A DNA stretch of 64,000 bases, taken from a virus. Every line of letters begins with the position of its first letter. Positions within the stretch are counted from its first letter, which is position 1. Both the position numbers and the translations under genes were made by a program. This document shows, piece by piece, positions 1 to 9,479 of this stretch. The notes below the pieces were generated by a model. The model was not told the DNA's origin, ran no database searches, and worked only from the letters and a program-made list of their open reading frames with translations. The DNA is taken from positions 1 through 64,000 of IMG/VR virus record IMGVR_UViG_3300028800_000012. One strand, 5' to 3'.

Positions 1-987
1 ACTGGTATCGAGGACTTCCACCATCGCGGCGGCCTTGGTGATCTTCTTCTCTGTAGCGCGGGTTTCGGCGAGCTTTTCAATCTGCGCCTGCGCCGAACCT
101 TCCGTCGAACCGTCCTTGCCGATCGGCGCGTAGTTGATCGACATGGCCTTATCGCCGGCCTTCAACATCGCTTCGATCGCCTCGCGGTCCTCCTTGCCGA
201 GCTTGGACACGGCGCGGATGGCCTTCGCCTTGGCGACGGTCTCGCCGGGAAGGTGCTTGAACTCGCCTTCGGCGCGCTTGCTGAATTCGGCGATTTCGAG
301 CTTGTCGGCCTGCGACTTCAACAGCTTGAAGGTCGGCTCGCCGACTTCCGACTTGCGAATCACGACGCCTTCGGACTCGAAGGTCTCGTCCGACTTGGCG
401 ATCTCCGCCTGCGCCGCGAGACGCTTTTCGACTTCCGCCTTAACGCGGTCTTCGAACCGCTTCTTGGCCTTCTCGCTGGCCTCGTCGTCGCCGCCATCGG
501 CCGCGTCTTCTGCGTCGGATGCCTGCGGCTTCTTCTTGTTGCCGGCGCCCATCTTGGCGATCTTATCGTTCGCCTCGTCGAGTTTCTTCTGCAGGTCGGC
601 CGTCGCGGCCTTGACCGCCTCGTCGATCTGCTTTTTCAGTTCGGCTTCGGTCATGTCGTTTTCTCCTTCATGGCCGTGGTTGCTCTTGCTAACCCAGCCA
701 TCGGGAAGCAAGTCTGTTGCGCCGAGCGAGCGCGCCCGGCTGATGATGTGAGCCTTCGCCTTGGCCGGGTCTTTTGCTCGGCCGATGGCGTGGATGGCAT
801 TCTTCAAATCGCTGGTGTTCTGGATCGGGAATGATCCGTCTTCCATGGCGGCACCAGTGCCCGCCAAACGGTCGCGCTCGTCTTGCGAAAAATCGCGCTT
901 GAACAGCGTGACGCGCGCGGACTTGTTCGCCGGGCGGTCGACCAGACTTAATTCAGCCAGACGCAGGTTCTTTAGAGCGTGCGCCAT
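1..987 (-). CDS. Head scaffold-like protein with protease-tail/DUF6582-like N-terminus (3' end cut by window edge)
   Basis: Open minus-strand frame from ATG at 987 to coordinate 1 (absent from the ORF track because it is truncated). Reads MAHALKNLRLAELSLVDRPANKSARVTLFKRD...NTSDLKNAIHAIGRAKDPAKAKAHIISRARSLGATDLLPDGW...MTEAELKKQIDEAVKAATADLQKKLDEANDKIAKM, with an acidic coiled-coil scaffold-like C-terminus. Confidence 0.65.
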   Translation of the reverse strand, partial: MAHALKNLRLAELSLVDRPANKSARVTLFKRDFSQDERDRLAGTGAAMEDGSFPIQNTSDLKNAIHAIGRAKDPAKAKAHIISRARSLGATDLLPDGWVSKSNHGHEGENDMTEAELKKQIDEAVKAATADLQKKLDEANDKIAKMGAGNKKKPQASDAEDAADGGDDEASEKAKKRFEDRVKAEVEKRLAAQAEIAKSDETFESEGVVIRKSEVGEPTFKLLKSQADKLEIAEFSKRAEGEFKHLPGETVAKAKAIRAVSKLGKEDREAIEAMLKAGDKAMSINYAPIGKDGSTEGSAQAQIEKLAETRATEKKITKAAAMVEVLDTS

Positions 988-992
988 TTCGT

Positions 993-1685
993 TTAAGCCT
1001 CGATTGGTTCGCGGACGGCTTGCCCGCCGATGGAGAACGCCCCGTAGGTGCCGTCCTTCACCTTTTTCCAAATATCGTCGTCATGCACCTTGACGCCAAC
1101 GATCCATCCCTCGCGATCGGCTTTGATGCCGAGCGACTTAGAGAGTTCGGATGTAAGCGGGAATGAATGCAGCACTTCGCCGATTCCGCTGCCATCATGC
1201 ATGGCCTTGGCGACTCTCGCATCGGCCATGAAATCTGTCGTGGCTTTTTCGAGTTCGGCAGGCGAAATCACATCGTCCTGCGTATCGACGACTGGCACGC
1301 CTTTTTCCGAAATCACGCTGGCCCAGCCATAGGCCATGCGGGACTCATCGTCGCCGACCTTGACGATCTGCGCCGATGCTTCCGCCTTGCTGGTATCGCA
1401 CGGCGCGTTATACGGCTTGTCTTTCGGCTTCTTCTTGCCTGAACCCATCATGCCGTCGACATGCACATCGCCGCCGGTCGGGTTGTCTTTCAAAATCCAT
1501 TTCTTGCCGGTCGGCGGCCGTTGCCAGGTCTTGCCGACTTCATCCCAAGCCTGCCGCACGCAATCGTTATGCTCGTAACCCATTTCGGCGGCTTGGTTGG
1601 CCGTATCGCACCAGACCTGCATCGCATCTGCCGGCAGCATCTTGGTCAGATGCGCCAGATTCCGATCATCGGCGGAATAGGTCAT
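993..1685 (-). CDS. XkdF-like phage head maturation protease with ChaB-like N-terminus
   Basis: Contains YGWASVISEKGVPVVDTQDDVISPAELEKATTDFM and GAFSIGG; sits between the MuF-like and scaffold genes. Confidence 0.75.
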   Translation of the reverse strand: MTYSADDRNLAHLTKMLPADAMQVWCDTANQAAEMGYEHNDCVRQAWDEVGKTWQRPPTGKKWILKDNPTGGDVHVDGMMGSGKKKPKDKPYNAPCDTSKAEASAQIVKVGDDESRMAYGWASVISEKGVPVVDTQDDVISPAELEKATTDFMADARVAKAMHDGSGIGEVLHSFPLTSELSKSLGIKADREGWIVGVKVHDDDIWKKVKDGTYGAFSIGGQAVREPIEA

Positions 1686-1885
1686 TCAAAAGCCTCGAAT
1701 ATGGACGCCCAGAATGCGTCCCATCGTTCCAATTTGTACTGGCGAAACAAAAGCCGCGTGTAGAGGCGCATGCGGCGATACTCGGCGCAGTAGCCGTTCG
1801 GATCGCACCACCACAGCGCGCCCATGCAATACCCGCCGCCTTTATTGCATTGCCTGCGGCATCGGTGCCGCCCTAGCCTCGCCGC

Positions 1886-1978
1886 ATGTTCCGCGAAGCC
1901 GCCGCAATCTGTGCCCTGACCGCCGTATTCATGGCCGGCTGGTTCGCCGTAGGCATTGCCTACCTGCTGTTCCTATGA
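1886..1978 (+). CDS. Small single-TM membrane protein
   Basis: MFREAAAICALTAVFMAGWFAVGIAYLLFL*; its TGA overlaps the next ATG (ATGA). Confidence 0.45.
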   Translation: MFREAAAICALTAVFMAGWFAVGIAYLLFL

Positions 1979-2199
1979 AGCGGCAAAGCAAGCCGTGGAT
2001 GCGGCCACTCAACAAGGTAGCTGCGCCGACCTATGACGATCTTGTCCGCGCGCTCGGCGATCTCATTTCAGACTGCCACCGCTGGCGCATGTACGGGCAT
2101 GCGCTCAACACCGCCGAGCACATCCACAACCGCGCCCGCGTCGCCAAGCTGCCTAGGCGAGCTACGCTCCCATCAGGCCAGCAAGGGCGGCTGATTTGA
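1975..2199 (+). CDS. Hypothetical protein
   Basis: MKRQSKPWMRPLNKVAAPTYDDLVRALGDLISD..., translationally coupled to its neighbours. Confidence 0.45.
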   Translation: MKRQSKPWMRPLNKVAAPTYDDLVRALGDLISDCHRWRMYGHALNTAEHIHNRARVAKLPRRATLPSGQQGRLI

Positions 2200-2390
2200 A
2201 AGGACCGCTTAACGATGATCTGCCGCTATTGGAGCCGTTTGATACGGTTTTTGCTTTTCTCGCCGACATGCATGAACAGGTATCGGCACAGATCGCCGTC
2301 ACAAAGAACCAGTCGGCCCTGGTTGTCCTAGAGCACGTCAAGCGGTCGCTAGAGGCGGCCGGCGTCGTGGTCCGGGAGATGGGCGGTTAG
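2196..2390 (+). CDS. Hypothetical protein
   Basis: MKGPLNDDLPLLEPFDTVFAFLADMHEQVSAQIAVTKNQ...; TTG start overlaps the previous stop. Confidence 0.4.
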   Translation: MKGPLNDDLPLLEPFDTVFAFLADMHEQVSAQIAVTKNQSALVVLEHVKRSLEAAGVVVREMGG

Positions 2391-3505
2391 GCATCCTGCC
2401 TCTGTGCCGGTGCCCTGTAGCGGATCATCATGGCGCATCTGCAGCGGATCGTGTTCGCGGCGGTGCCGTTGGGGTCTCCGGGGAACATCAGCGGCCCTAA
2501 TTCAGTCTTGAACGGTTCATTCAGACCAACTCCGCCTTCATTCAGCGACGGAATTGTCATGTGGGCGTGACGGACCCGGCTGTCGTGCGTGTAAATCCAC
2601 TTCTTCCTCACGCCATCTGCGTCGACCTTGCCATCGGCGACGGCCTGCCGCCACAGTTGCACATTGCCCGCATTGACGGCGCGAATGGCTTCGGTTCTGG
2701 CGATCGTCTCCGAGCGGAATTTCAAGGTCCGCTGCCGATACCGTTCAACCAGCTTATCGATGTAGTCCGGCGACAGTCGCTCGCCGCTGTCCACGGCATC
2801 GCTGATCGTGCCGTCAAAGCGCCGGTCGCGTAGCTGCCGCTGCAATGCGCCGGCATCGAGGCTTTCCAATGCACGGCGATAGTTCAGGACCGCTTTCGTC
2901 TGCGACGGCGTAAGCCCGATGAATTGCCGCACGTCTCGCGCCACATCCAACGGATTACGGCCAGCAGCAACGCCATCCGCAATAGCCAGACGAACAGAGG
3001 CCAGCGCACCCGCAGTAAGGCCGCGAATAAGCGCCATCTCATAGTTTTGCAGGTATCGGACTGTCTCGGGATTGGTTATCCCGAAGTGGAATTGAACCTC
3101 GCCCGGCGCAAACGATGCCGATAGCGCCAGTGCCGCTTGCTGACCGGCCCAGACCGTCGCCGCTGTAGATGCGGCGCCGATCGGCTGCATGCCAGACGAT
3201 ACGAGCTGAGCATCCACAACGCCGATGGCTTCGGATACCCTACCCTGTTCAAGGAGGGTACGGATGCGCTCGATATCAACCTTGTCGGCCAGCCTATCCA
3301 CGGCCTCGGTAAACGCGCGGCGGATACGGCTGGAAACCGTCGTCTGGTTGCTTAGGAGCCGTTCGATTTCCGCCTTGTCGGCAGAAGACGCCTTCGAAAT
3401 GTCGGCGTTCGCATACGTCGCGGAATGTCTTCGAACGTTTACCCAACTTTGGTTTCTATGTACCCATCTTGGGTCGCGTTCAGACTTGGCGACGACGATC
3501 TGCAT
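2387..3505 (-). CDS. MuF-like / SPP1 gp7-like head morphogenesis protein
   Basis: C-terminal ...AHMTIPSLNEGGVGLNEPFKTELGPLMFPGDPNGTAANTIRCRCAMMIRY is typical of Mu F-like proteins; adjacent to the portal gene. Confidence 0.88.
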   Translation of the reverse strand: MQIVVAKSERDPRWVHRNQSWVNVRRHSATYANADISKASSADKAEIERLLSNQTTVSSRIRRAFTEAVDRLADKVDIERIRTLLEQGRVSEAIGVVDAQLVSSGMQPIGAASTAATVWAGQQAALALSASFAPGEVQFHFGITNPETVRYLQNYEMALIRGLTAGALASVRLAIADGVAAGRNPLDVARDVRQFIGLTPSQTKAVLNYRRALESLDAGALQRQLRDRRFDGTISDAVDSGERLSPDYIDKLVERYRQRTLKFRSETIARTEAIRAVNAGNVQLWRQAVADGKVDADGVRKKWIYTHDSRVRHAHMTIPSLNEGGVGLNEPFKTELGPLMFPGDPNGTAANTIRCRCAMMIRYRAPAQRQDA

Positions 3506-3594
3506 TTACGCAGTACTGCGCCACTATAACGATGATGCACGTTGCGCCGACCAGAGCGGCGATAAATTGAATCACTTCGGCCACGGCGATTGAC

Positions 3595-3798
3595 CTATTT
3601 CGTCCCGCTACTATTCGTTCCGCTCATGAAGTCGGCAGAGGCATCGCTACCGGCGTCTTCGCCTGACACGGGCCTGCTGCCAGAACGCGGCGGCGTATTC
3701 GCGTCGTCATCGCCGCCAACGCTCACGAACGTTAGGTTGCCACGCTGCCAAGTGAACTTGTTTTCCGGCGAATAGCCGCCGACAGTGCCGGTCGTCAA
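3595..3798 (-). CDS. Small hypothetical protein between portal and MuF-like genes
   Basis: 67-aa ORF that overlaps the portal stop (ATGA-type overlap). Confidence 0.35.
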   Translation of the reverse strand: MTTGTVGGYSPENKFTWQRGNLTFVSVGGDDDANTPPRSGSRPVSGEDAGSDASADFMSGTNSSGTK

Positions 3799-5924
3799 TG
3801 GATAACCTCCATAACGATCTTCCTCGGTGTCTTGCTGACGACACGGTATTTAGTTCCGCGGTTCAATAGTAGCTCCTTTTCCTCTGGGTGCTCAGACAGG
3901 CTAGGCATGTAGATAGCGCGGGTGCCCTTCGGCACGCGGATTTCAAGGGCCATCGCGCCGCCGCTGCGATGCATGGTCGAGGAAAAAGACTCCATCGCCT
4001 TCCGCGACAGAGACGTTGAGGTATAAGATTTGTCCATAAGAACGCCACCCGCGCCGATTGATCTCTGCATCGCCGCCCAACCCTCGGCGTCGATAGCGCG
4101 GTACACAACGATATCAGACGGCAACGCCGATCCCTTGAACGCTGAATCGATCTTGGAAATGATGCCAGACAGGCGCGGCCCTACCGCGTCGCCCTCACGA
4201 AAGTGAGCGTTGATATCCTCGAACTCTCCGCCAGAATATACCTGCAAGGCATCCTTTTCTGCGGCCCCAAGCTTGGACGTGAGAGCGGTTAGGACCGTAT
4301 CCTGACCAATGAACTGGCCGCCCTGCTCTGTACCCTTCGGGCCGTGGAGTTGATTCGCCTTTGTCGTCGCCTCTGATTGTCCGCTGCCATCCTGCTGGAA
4401 GTAGGGGCCGGCATTCTGCGTCGCCTGTTGCGGATTGATCTCGGCAGGATTTTGGCTGACTCCCATGCCGTCGTCGTTGCCGGTTTGTTCAGCCACACCA
4501 TTCGGCCCTAGCTGCGGCTGGAGTCCGGCATCTTCCGGGGGCGCCGGCATATCCGCGATCTCCGCCACGTATTCCGACAATTCCTGGTTCGGGAATAGCG
4601 GCGCACCAGCCGTAGCAAGCGCCTGCAGATACGCGCCGAACTCAGCCAGATCGACCGGCGCGACACGGCCCGGCTTTAGTTCCGGCATCAGAGCGCGATC
4701 GATATTGTTGTACGACCAGATGCGCGGCAGCAGGAAGCGGTTGAGGACTTCCGCGATCTGGTTGAGATAGGCTTCGCAGGCCCGCAGGAACAACTCGGAC
4801 TTGTTCTTGGAGAGCGCGTAGCTGCCCTTCTGATCGCCGAGCATCATGAAATCTGCGAGTGCGCTACGGGCGATGTTTTTTTCGTGCCGCTCGACAACGG
4901 GGCCGGTATCAATGGCCCGTCGTCCGCCAGTCGAGAGCAATTTCACGTCGACAATGCGCTGTGCCGACGGCGCTCCTGTTTGCGGATCGGGCCAGCAATC
5001 GGACGGAATGACAATGCCGCCCTGCTGGTTGAATTTTACGTCGCGGGCGACCTTCTTGTATTGCTCAAGAACGGCTTTATCGGTAGCCGATGCGTCCGAC
5101 AGAAGATACTTGGCCGGGATTGAAACAACCGGCAACCCCGCCAGTTCGCGCTCGATGCCGATCGCCTCGATTTCCTCGATCGTCTTGCGCAGATACCACG
5201 ACTTATAGGCCGAGCGGAGAATTGACACGCCTTCCGGCGAGTTCTTCCGGCTTGTCGTGCGGAACAACAGAAGCCGCTCGATCGGGATGAATAGCAACTG
5301 CCCGCCAATCGGCGGTAATTGCCACATACCGGCGATGCCGCCGTCTTGCTGCATCTCCCATCGCAAGAGCGAGTCCTGCGATCGGATCGGCAGCTTGCGC
5401 ACGCCAATGCGGCCGTCGTCGAACTTCGAGCGCAGCGCCGGGTCTTTCTGATCCGGACCCATGCGGCGCTTCAAGACGATTTCCAACACCGACCAGCCGA
5501 AGGTCAGCATGGACATGACTTCGCCAATCACATCCGGGAACGGATGCGACATATCGTCTAACAACGATTCGACGAACTCGGCTTCTTTTTCGGCTTCGCC
5601 GCTATCGTCCGCCGGCTCAACCCGCCAATCCACAGCCCGCAGAATGAGCGTGATTGCCGTGAGCGTGGCGCAGACAGTGGCGTCGCCTTCCGCCATCTGG
5701 CGATAAACGCGCCAGGCGTTCGGGCCGCGCAACTCCGGCAAGTATTCTTCCGACAGATAGCCGGAGAATACCTTGAGACCGGAAACGCCGATCTCGCCGA
5801 ATGCCTTGGCGTTCGGGTCGCCGGTTAAACCGGCCATATTGCCGAATGCGCCTGTCGGCGGCTGCGGCGGTCCCGGAGGTGCCACTTTGGCCACGTCGCC
5901 GCTCTCAGTGGTCGACGCTGCCAA
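3795..5924 (-). CDS. Portal protein (DUF935-like) fused to C-terminal ADP-ribosyltransferase domain
   Basis: N-terminal 500+ aa portal-like (LILRAVDWRVEPADDSG...FGWSVLEIVLKRR...). C-terminal 166 aa (nt 3795-4295) carries VVYRA, SYTSTS and PEEKELLLNRGTKYRV, the R/STS/ExE signature. Confidence 0.9.
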   Translation of the reverse strand: MAASTTESGDVAKVAPPGPPQPPTGAFGNMAGLTGDPNAKAFGEIGVSGLKVFSGYLSEEYLPELRGPNAWRVYRQMAEGDATVCATLTAITLILRAVDWRVEPADDSGEAEKEAEFVESLLDDMSHPFPDVIGEVMSMLTFGWSVLEIVLKRRMGPDQKDPALRSKFDDGRIGVRKLPIRSQDSLLRWEMQQDGGIAGMWQLPPIGGQLLFIPIERLLLFRTTSRKNSPEGVSILRSAYKSWYLRKTIEEIEAIGIERELAGLPVVSIPAKYLLSDASATDKAVLEQYKKVARDVKFNQQGGIVIPSDCWPDPQTGAPSAQRIVDVKLLSTGGRRAIDTGPVVERHEKNIARSALADFMMLGDQKGSYALSKNKSELFLRACEAYLNQIAEVLNRFLLPRIWSYNNIDRALMPELKPGRVAPVDLAEFGAYLQALATAGAPLFPNQELSEYVAEIADMPAPPEDAGLQPQLGPNGVAEQTGNDDGMGVSQNPAEINPQQATQNAGPYFQQDGSGQSEATTKANQLHGPKGTEQGGQFIGQDTVLTALTSKLGAAEKDALQVYSGGEFEDINAHFREGDAVGPRLSGIISKIDSAFKGSALPSDIVVYRAIDAEGWAAMQRSIGAGGVLMDKSYTSTSLSRKAMESFSSTMHRSGGAMALEIRVPKGTRAIYMPSLSEHPEEKELLLNRGTKYRVVSKTPRKIVMEVIH

Positions 5925-5933
5925 TCTTGTCTC

Positions 5934-7301
5934 CTACCAAATCCTCGGGGCGGCGCCGCCGACTTGCACGGGACCGCCGATATTCACTTCGGCAACAGCG
6001 CCGACCATCAATTCCGTCAGCGCCCACACCATCGCGTCCAATCGGTCGGGCGATGCCTTGCCAGTCAGCGGCTCCCACGTGCAAAGCTGGTCCTCCAGCT
6101 CCGGGAATGCGCCGGCATGACTGACTCGGCCCTGCTCATAGAGCGCCGATACCGGCTCCGCTCTGGCCTGCTTGCCTTTACTGGCATGGACGATGCGGAC
6201 GGGAATGTTGGGCCGCACCGTTTCCAAGGTGTGCCGCACCATTTCGCCGCCTTGGTTGCCTTCGGCGACGATGCGGTCGGCCTTTAATTCGTCATAGAGG
6301 GCAATAGCGCGGCGAGCCCATGCGTCGGGGGTGTACCGGCCGGACACGTCTCGTAAAACGTATCCATGACCATTAGAATCGACTCCAGCGGCAACGATGC
6401 CGGTGAGTGCCGATGTATCCCCTGATGTAGCGGCCGGGTCGATTGCCACCACGATCCGAACCAGATCGGGTGCTTTCGCCACCCTCGCCCGTTCGATCAT
6501 GGCGCGTGTCCACAGCGCGCCTTCGACTTCCTCGATTAGCTCGCCGTCCAGCTCCTGCCGGCCAAGCCGCGTCCCTTCGTATTTGGACACGATCTGGGAC
6601 AGGAAGGTCGGCGCAAGATTCGCCTTGTTGGCGTCGGTCTTGGCCCGTGTGACGACGCAACGCGGCGAGCGCAGCAATTCCCGCAAGAGCGGGATCGGGC
6701 GCGGCGTTGTCGTTATGACGGCCTGCGGAGCGGCGCCGAGGCGAAGCCCAAACATCGCCATGTCCCAGGCGTCGTTCGGGTCGCCATCGTTCCACGCGGC
6801 GACTTCATCGGCCCATATGCGGTCATGCTGCGGACCGCGAAGGCGGTTCGGCTCCTCTGCCGAGTAGCCGTGCGCTACAGCACCGTTTGCCCATGTCAGG
6901 CGATGGCGCTTTGACGGCTCGTAGATCGGCAGGCCGAGCGGCCGTCCGTAAATATCCTTGTCGTTACGCCAACAGACCGAAAGGATGCCGGAAGGCCCCT
7001 CGATCATAACGTCTCGAATATCGCCCGCCGTGGGCGCTATAAGACCAATGTGCCGCGCGCCGCTTTTTACTTGGTCGCGGACCCATTCGGCCCCGGAGCG
7101 TGTCTTGCCGGCACCGCGCCCAGCCAGAAGAAGCCAGTAGTCCCAGCCCGTCTCCCCATCGTTTGGGGGCGGCGGTAACTGGTCTGTTCTGGCGAAGAAT
7201 TCCCAATCGTATAGAAGCGCATCGGCTTCAGCGTCAGTCAGTTCCGCTAGAGCCGCCGACCTTTGATCCTGGCTCAGTCTGGCGAGAGATGAAATGTGCA
7301 A
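5934..7301 (-). CDS. terL: Terminase large subunit
   Basis: Walker A LLAGRGAGKTRSGAEW, DEVAAW, and nuclease-like AIDPAATSGDTSALTGIV. Confidence 0.95.
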   Translation of the reverse strand: MHISSLARLSQDQRSAALAELTDAEADALLYDWEFFARTDQLPPPPNDGETGWDYWLLLAGRGAGKTRSGAEWVRDQVKSGARHIGLIAPTAGDIRDVMIEGPSGILSVCWRNDKDIYGRPLGLPIYEPSKRHRLTWANGAVAHGYSAEEPNRLRGPQHDRIWADEVAAWNDGDPNDAWDMAMFGLRLGAAPQAVITTTPRPIPLLRELLRSPRCVVTRAKTDANKANLAPTFLSQIVSKYEGTRLGRQELDGELIEEVEGALWTRAMIERARVAKAPDLVRIVVAIDPAATSGDTSALTGIVAAGVDSNGHGYVLRDVSGRYTPDAWARRAIALYDELKADRIVAEGNQGGEMVRHTLETVRPNIPVRIVHASKGKQARAEPVSALYEQGRVSHAGAFPELEDQLCTWEPLTGKASPDRLDAMVWALTELMVGAVAEVNIGGPVQVGGAAPRIW

Positions 7302-7872
7302 GGCGGTCCTTCGCGCCCGTCACCTCAACGGGGATTGCCCCGCCGTCGGGGCCACTGTGCTCCAAGCGATCCTTAAACATGCCGAGGTGGCGGCCGAGAT
7401 CGACCAATGCTGCGCGCTTGTCGTGCATTTTGAGGCTCAGGCCCCCCGTCGGGCTCTGCCGAACCTCTGAAATCGCCGCGGCAGTGTCTTCGTCTATGTC
7501 TTTGGCGCTAATGAGTTGGACATGGTTGTTGTGGAGATGCTTGACGACGAGAACGTCCCCGCCGTCCGGATTATCCGTCTCCTCGACCAACGAGCCTTGC
7601 CAATCCACTGCCTTGCGGATGTCGGCGAACCCTATCTTGGCAAGTTCTGAAACAACCCGCTCGATGGTAACGCCGGCCTTAGCCGCCGATGCGGCCAAAA
7701 TCTCATCGACCCTCGCCCGGACCTTAACATTCTTTAACAGACGAGAGGCTGCGGCCTCGGCCGAGTTTCCCGCTGCCTTATAGCCGGCGAGAACGTAGGA
7801 TTCTGACGCCGGCCGACCTTTCGCCACCTCTTGAGCGAATATCTCATGCCGCGCATTGGGGAGTACGGCCAC
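7234..7872 (-). CDS. terS: Terminase small subunit
   Basis: Terminase_2-like N-terminus (RHEIFAQEVAKGRPASESYVLAGYK...SRLLKNVKVRARVDEI); precedes and overlaps terL. Confidence 0.85.
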   Translation of the reverse strand: MAVLPNARHEIFAQEVAKGRPASESYVLAGYKAAGNSAEAAASRLLKNVKVRARVDEILAASAAKAGVTIERVVSELAKIGFADIRKAVDWQGSLVEETDNPDGGDVLVVKHLHNNHVQLISAKDIDEDTAAAISEVRQSPTGGLSLKMHDKRAALVDLGRHLGMFKDRLEHSGPDGGAIPVEVTGAKDRLAHFISRQTEPGSKVGGSSGTD

Positions 7873-7878
7873 CGGCTT

Positions 7879-8013
7879 TCAGAACCCGTACAGCTCTTTG
7901 ATCGCGTCCAAATGCCCCTGCATCTTCTTTGGGTCGCCGCCTTCAAACATGGTGTTCCAGATCGAATAGCGGATGACGGCCGCTTGGCGGGCGGCAAACC
8001 ATAAAAGCATCAT
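7879..8013 (-). CDS. Small hypothetical protein
   Basis: MMLLWFAARQAAVIRYSIWNTMFEGGDPKKMQGHLDAIKELYGF upstream of terS. Confidence 0.35.
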   Translation of the reverse strand: MMLLWFAARQAAVIRYSIWNTMFEGGDPKKMQGHLDAIKELYGF

Positions 8014-8014
8014 C

Positions 8015-8221
8015 CTACAGTGTCTCGACTTTCCTGCCGCTCTCGATCTTGAGCGGCCTGCATTCGGCGGCGCGATGGTTCGCCTTGGCAATAAAGCCAG
8101 CTATCGCGTCGCATTGGTCATTATCGGCATAAGCGATGGCTGGGTCTGTCAAGCCGGACATCTCGATCTGCTTGCCATCAGCGGTGCCGAGCACGAGCGG
8201 CAGCACAATGACCCAGAACAA
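8015..8221 (-). CDS. Small exported hypothetical protein
   Basis: MFWVIVLPLVLGTADGKQIEMSGLTD... with signal-like N-terminus. Confidence 0.4.
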   Translation of the reverse strand: MFWVIVLPLVLGTADGKQIEMSGLTDPAIAYADNDQCDAIAGFIAKANHRAAECRPLKIESGRKVETL

Positions 8222-8223
8222 GG

Positions 8224-8694
8224 CTAGATTCCCGGCTCAGGCGGCCAGAAACACGTCACCTGTCCATTCCAGATGAACAGGACACCCTCTCTCCGCATGG
8301 CATCAAATTCAGGCAGTCCGTCGTCCTTCGGATCAAAGGCGCGGATTGTGTCTTCGTGGATGGTGTCGGACGGGATCGGCAATAGTTGGCACCCGGCAGC
8401 GGTGCAATTCGGGTCCGGATAGAACGACCATTCCCCATCTGAGCGGGGAACGAACTTGGTCCGGAGCCGGTCGGCATGCTCGCAGCACCCGGCAATGAAC
8501 AGTCTTGCCCTCGCCTGCGGCGTCAATTGCGCCGACTTGAACCACTCCTGAACTGATGGCGGGTTCTTGGCGTATTCGGGTTTGTATGTCGCGGCGGCCT
8601 TGCCGCCCCATGTCACACACACCCCGAACACGATAGCCATAAGAACGCCGAAGGCTAACGCGGCGCGGCAGGCGGCATCGCGGGTGAGGATCAT
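8224..8694 (-). CDS. Secreted/membrane hypothetical protein
   Basis: Hydrophobic N-terminus CRAALAFGVLMAIVFGVCVTW followed by a Cys-containing domain. Confidence 0.5.
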   Translation of the reverse strand: MILTRDAACRAALAFGVLMAIVFGVCVTWGGKAAATYKPEYAKNPPSVQEWFKSAQLTPQARARLFIAGCCEHADRLRTKFVPRSDGEWSFYPDPNCTAAGCQLLPIPSDTIHEDTIRAFDPKDDGLPEFDAMRREGVLFIWNGQVTCFWPPEPGI

Positions 8695-8701
8695 GCGGCG
8701 G

Positions 8702-9049
8702 CTATGGCTCGACATAGGCGAGGACGGTGCGGCGGGGATACACGCCTTCGCCGACGCGATGGCGGTGATTGCCTGAGATCAGGATTGGATTGCCGGCGGC
8801 GTCGAAGCCGGAAACGACGCCGACATGATGCCCCCGGCGGACAATCGCAATTGCGCCAACGTGCGGGCCTGTGCGGGGGCGGCGCAGCCATGAGGCGGCG
8901 CGATCATCCACCCCGGATTGTCCGGTCAATGCCCGCAGGAATGCCGAGCACCATAGCGAGCGGCGCAGACCTAATTGTGCGGCAGTCTTGCCGAGTTCGG
9001 CACGGGCGCGCGTCTCTAAGGGTTCGCCGGACGGCGCTGGTTTAGGCCG
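8702..9049 (-). pseudogene. TIGR02594-like (NlpC/P60/CHAP-type) peptidase fragment lacking an obvious start
   Basis: Frame reads ...ETRARAELGKTAAQLGLRRSLWCSAFLRALTGQSGVDDRAASWLRRPRTGPHVGAIAIVRRGHHVGVVSGFDAAGNPILISGNHRHRVGEGVYPRRTVLAYVEP*. In-frame stop at 9050-9052; no ATG/GTG/TTG before the TTG at 8929. Confidence 0.5.
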
Positions 9050-9463
9050 CTACCCGACTGGCGCATTCCATTACTGGAAGCGTAGGCACCCGAACTCTTG
9101 AATAGGTGCGGCGATCCCGCCGGGAGTGAACAGGACCGCCGCAGGCAACTCCCCGGAGAACGCGAGGCACAAAGACGGGGGCCGCATTCGGACAGACGCA
9201 TCCAGCCGGTCATTGCCAACACGCAATACAGGCGTCGGCTCTCAGGAGGATTATCGCTGTCCGATTAGGGGGCGGGCCAAAGGCTTAAGGTAAGGTCTAT
9301 GCCTGATGTGGCGTGCCTTGCCCGCCGTTCGTGAAACTTGTCCTACGTGAATTGCGGCTGCGCTCATTCGCCAATTCGCAATTCATCACGTTAGGTACAG
9401 ACTAAACTTGACCCCCGAAGAAATCAAGCATTAGTACATCGTTAGCGGCACTATTATCAATTT

Positions 9464-9479
9464 ACGCTACTGGTAGCGT
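9464..9479 (-). terminator. Short hairpin at the end of the NrdR-like gene
   Basis: ACGCTA-CTGG-TAGCGT, perfect 6-bp stem overlapping the stop codon; no strong U-tract. Confidence 0.25.
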
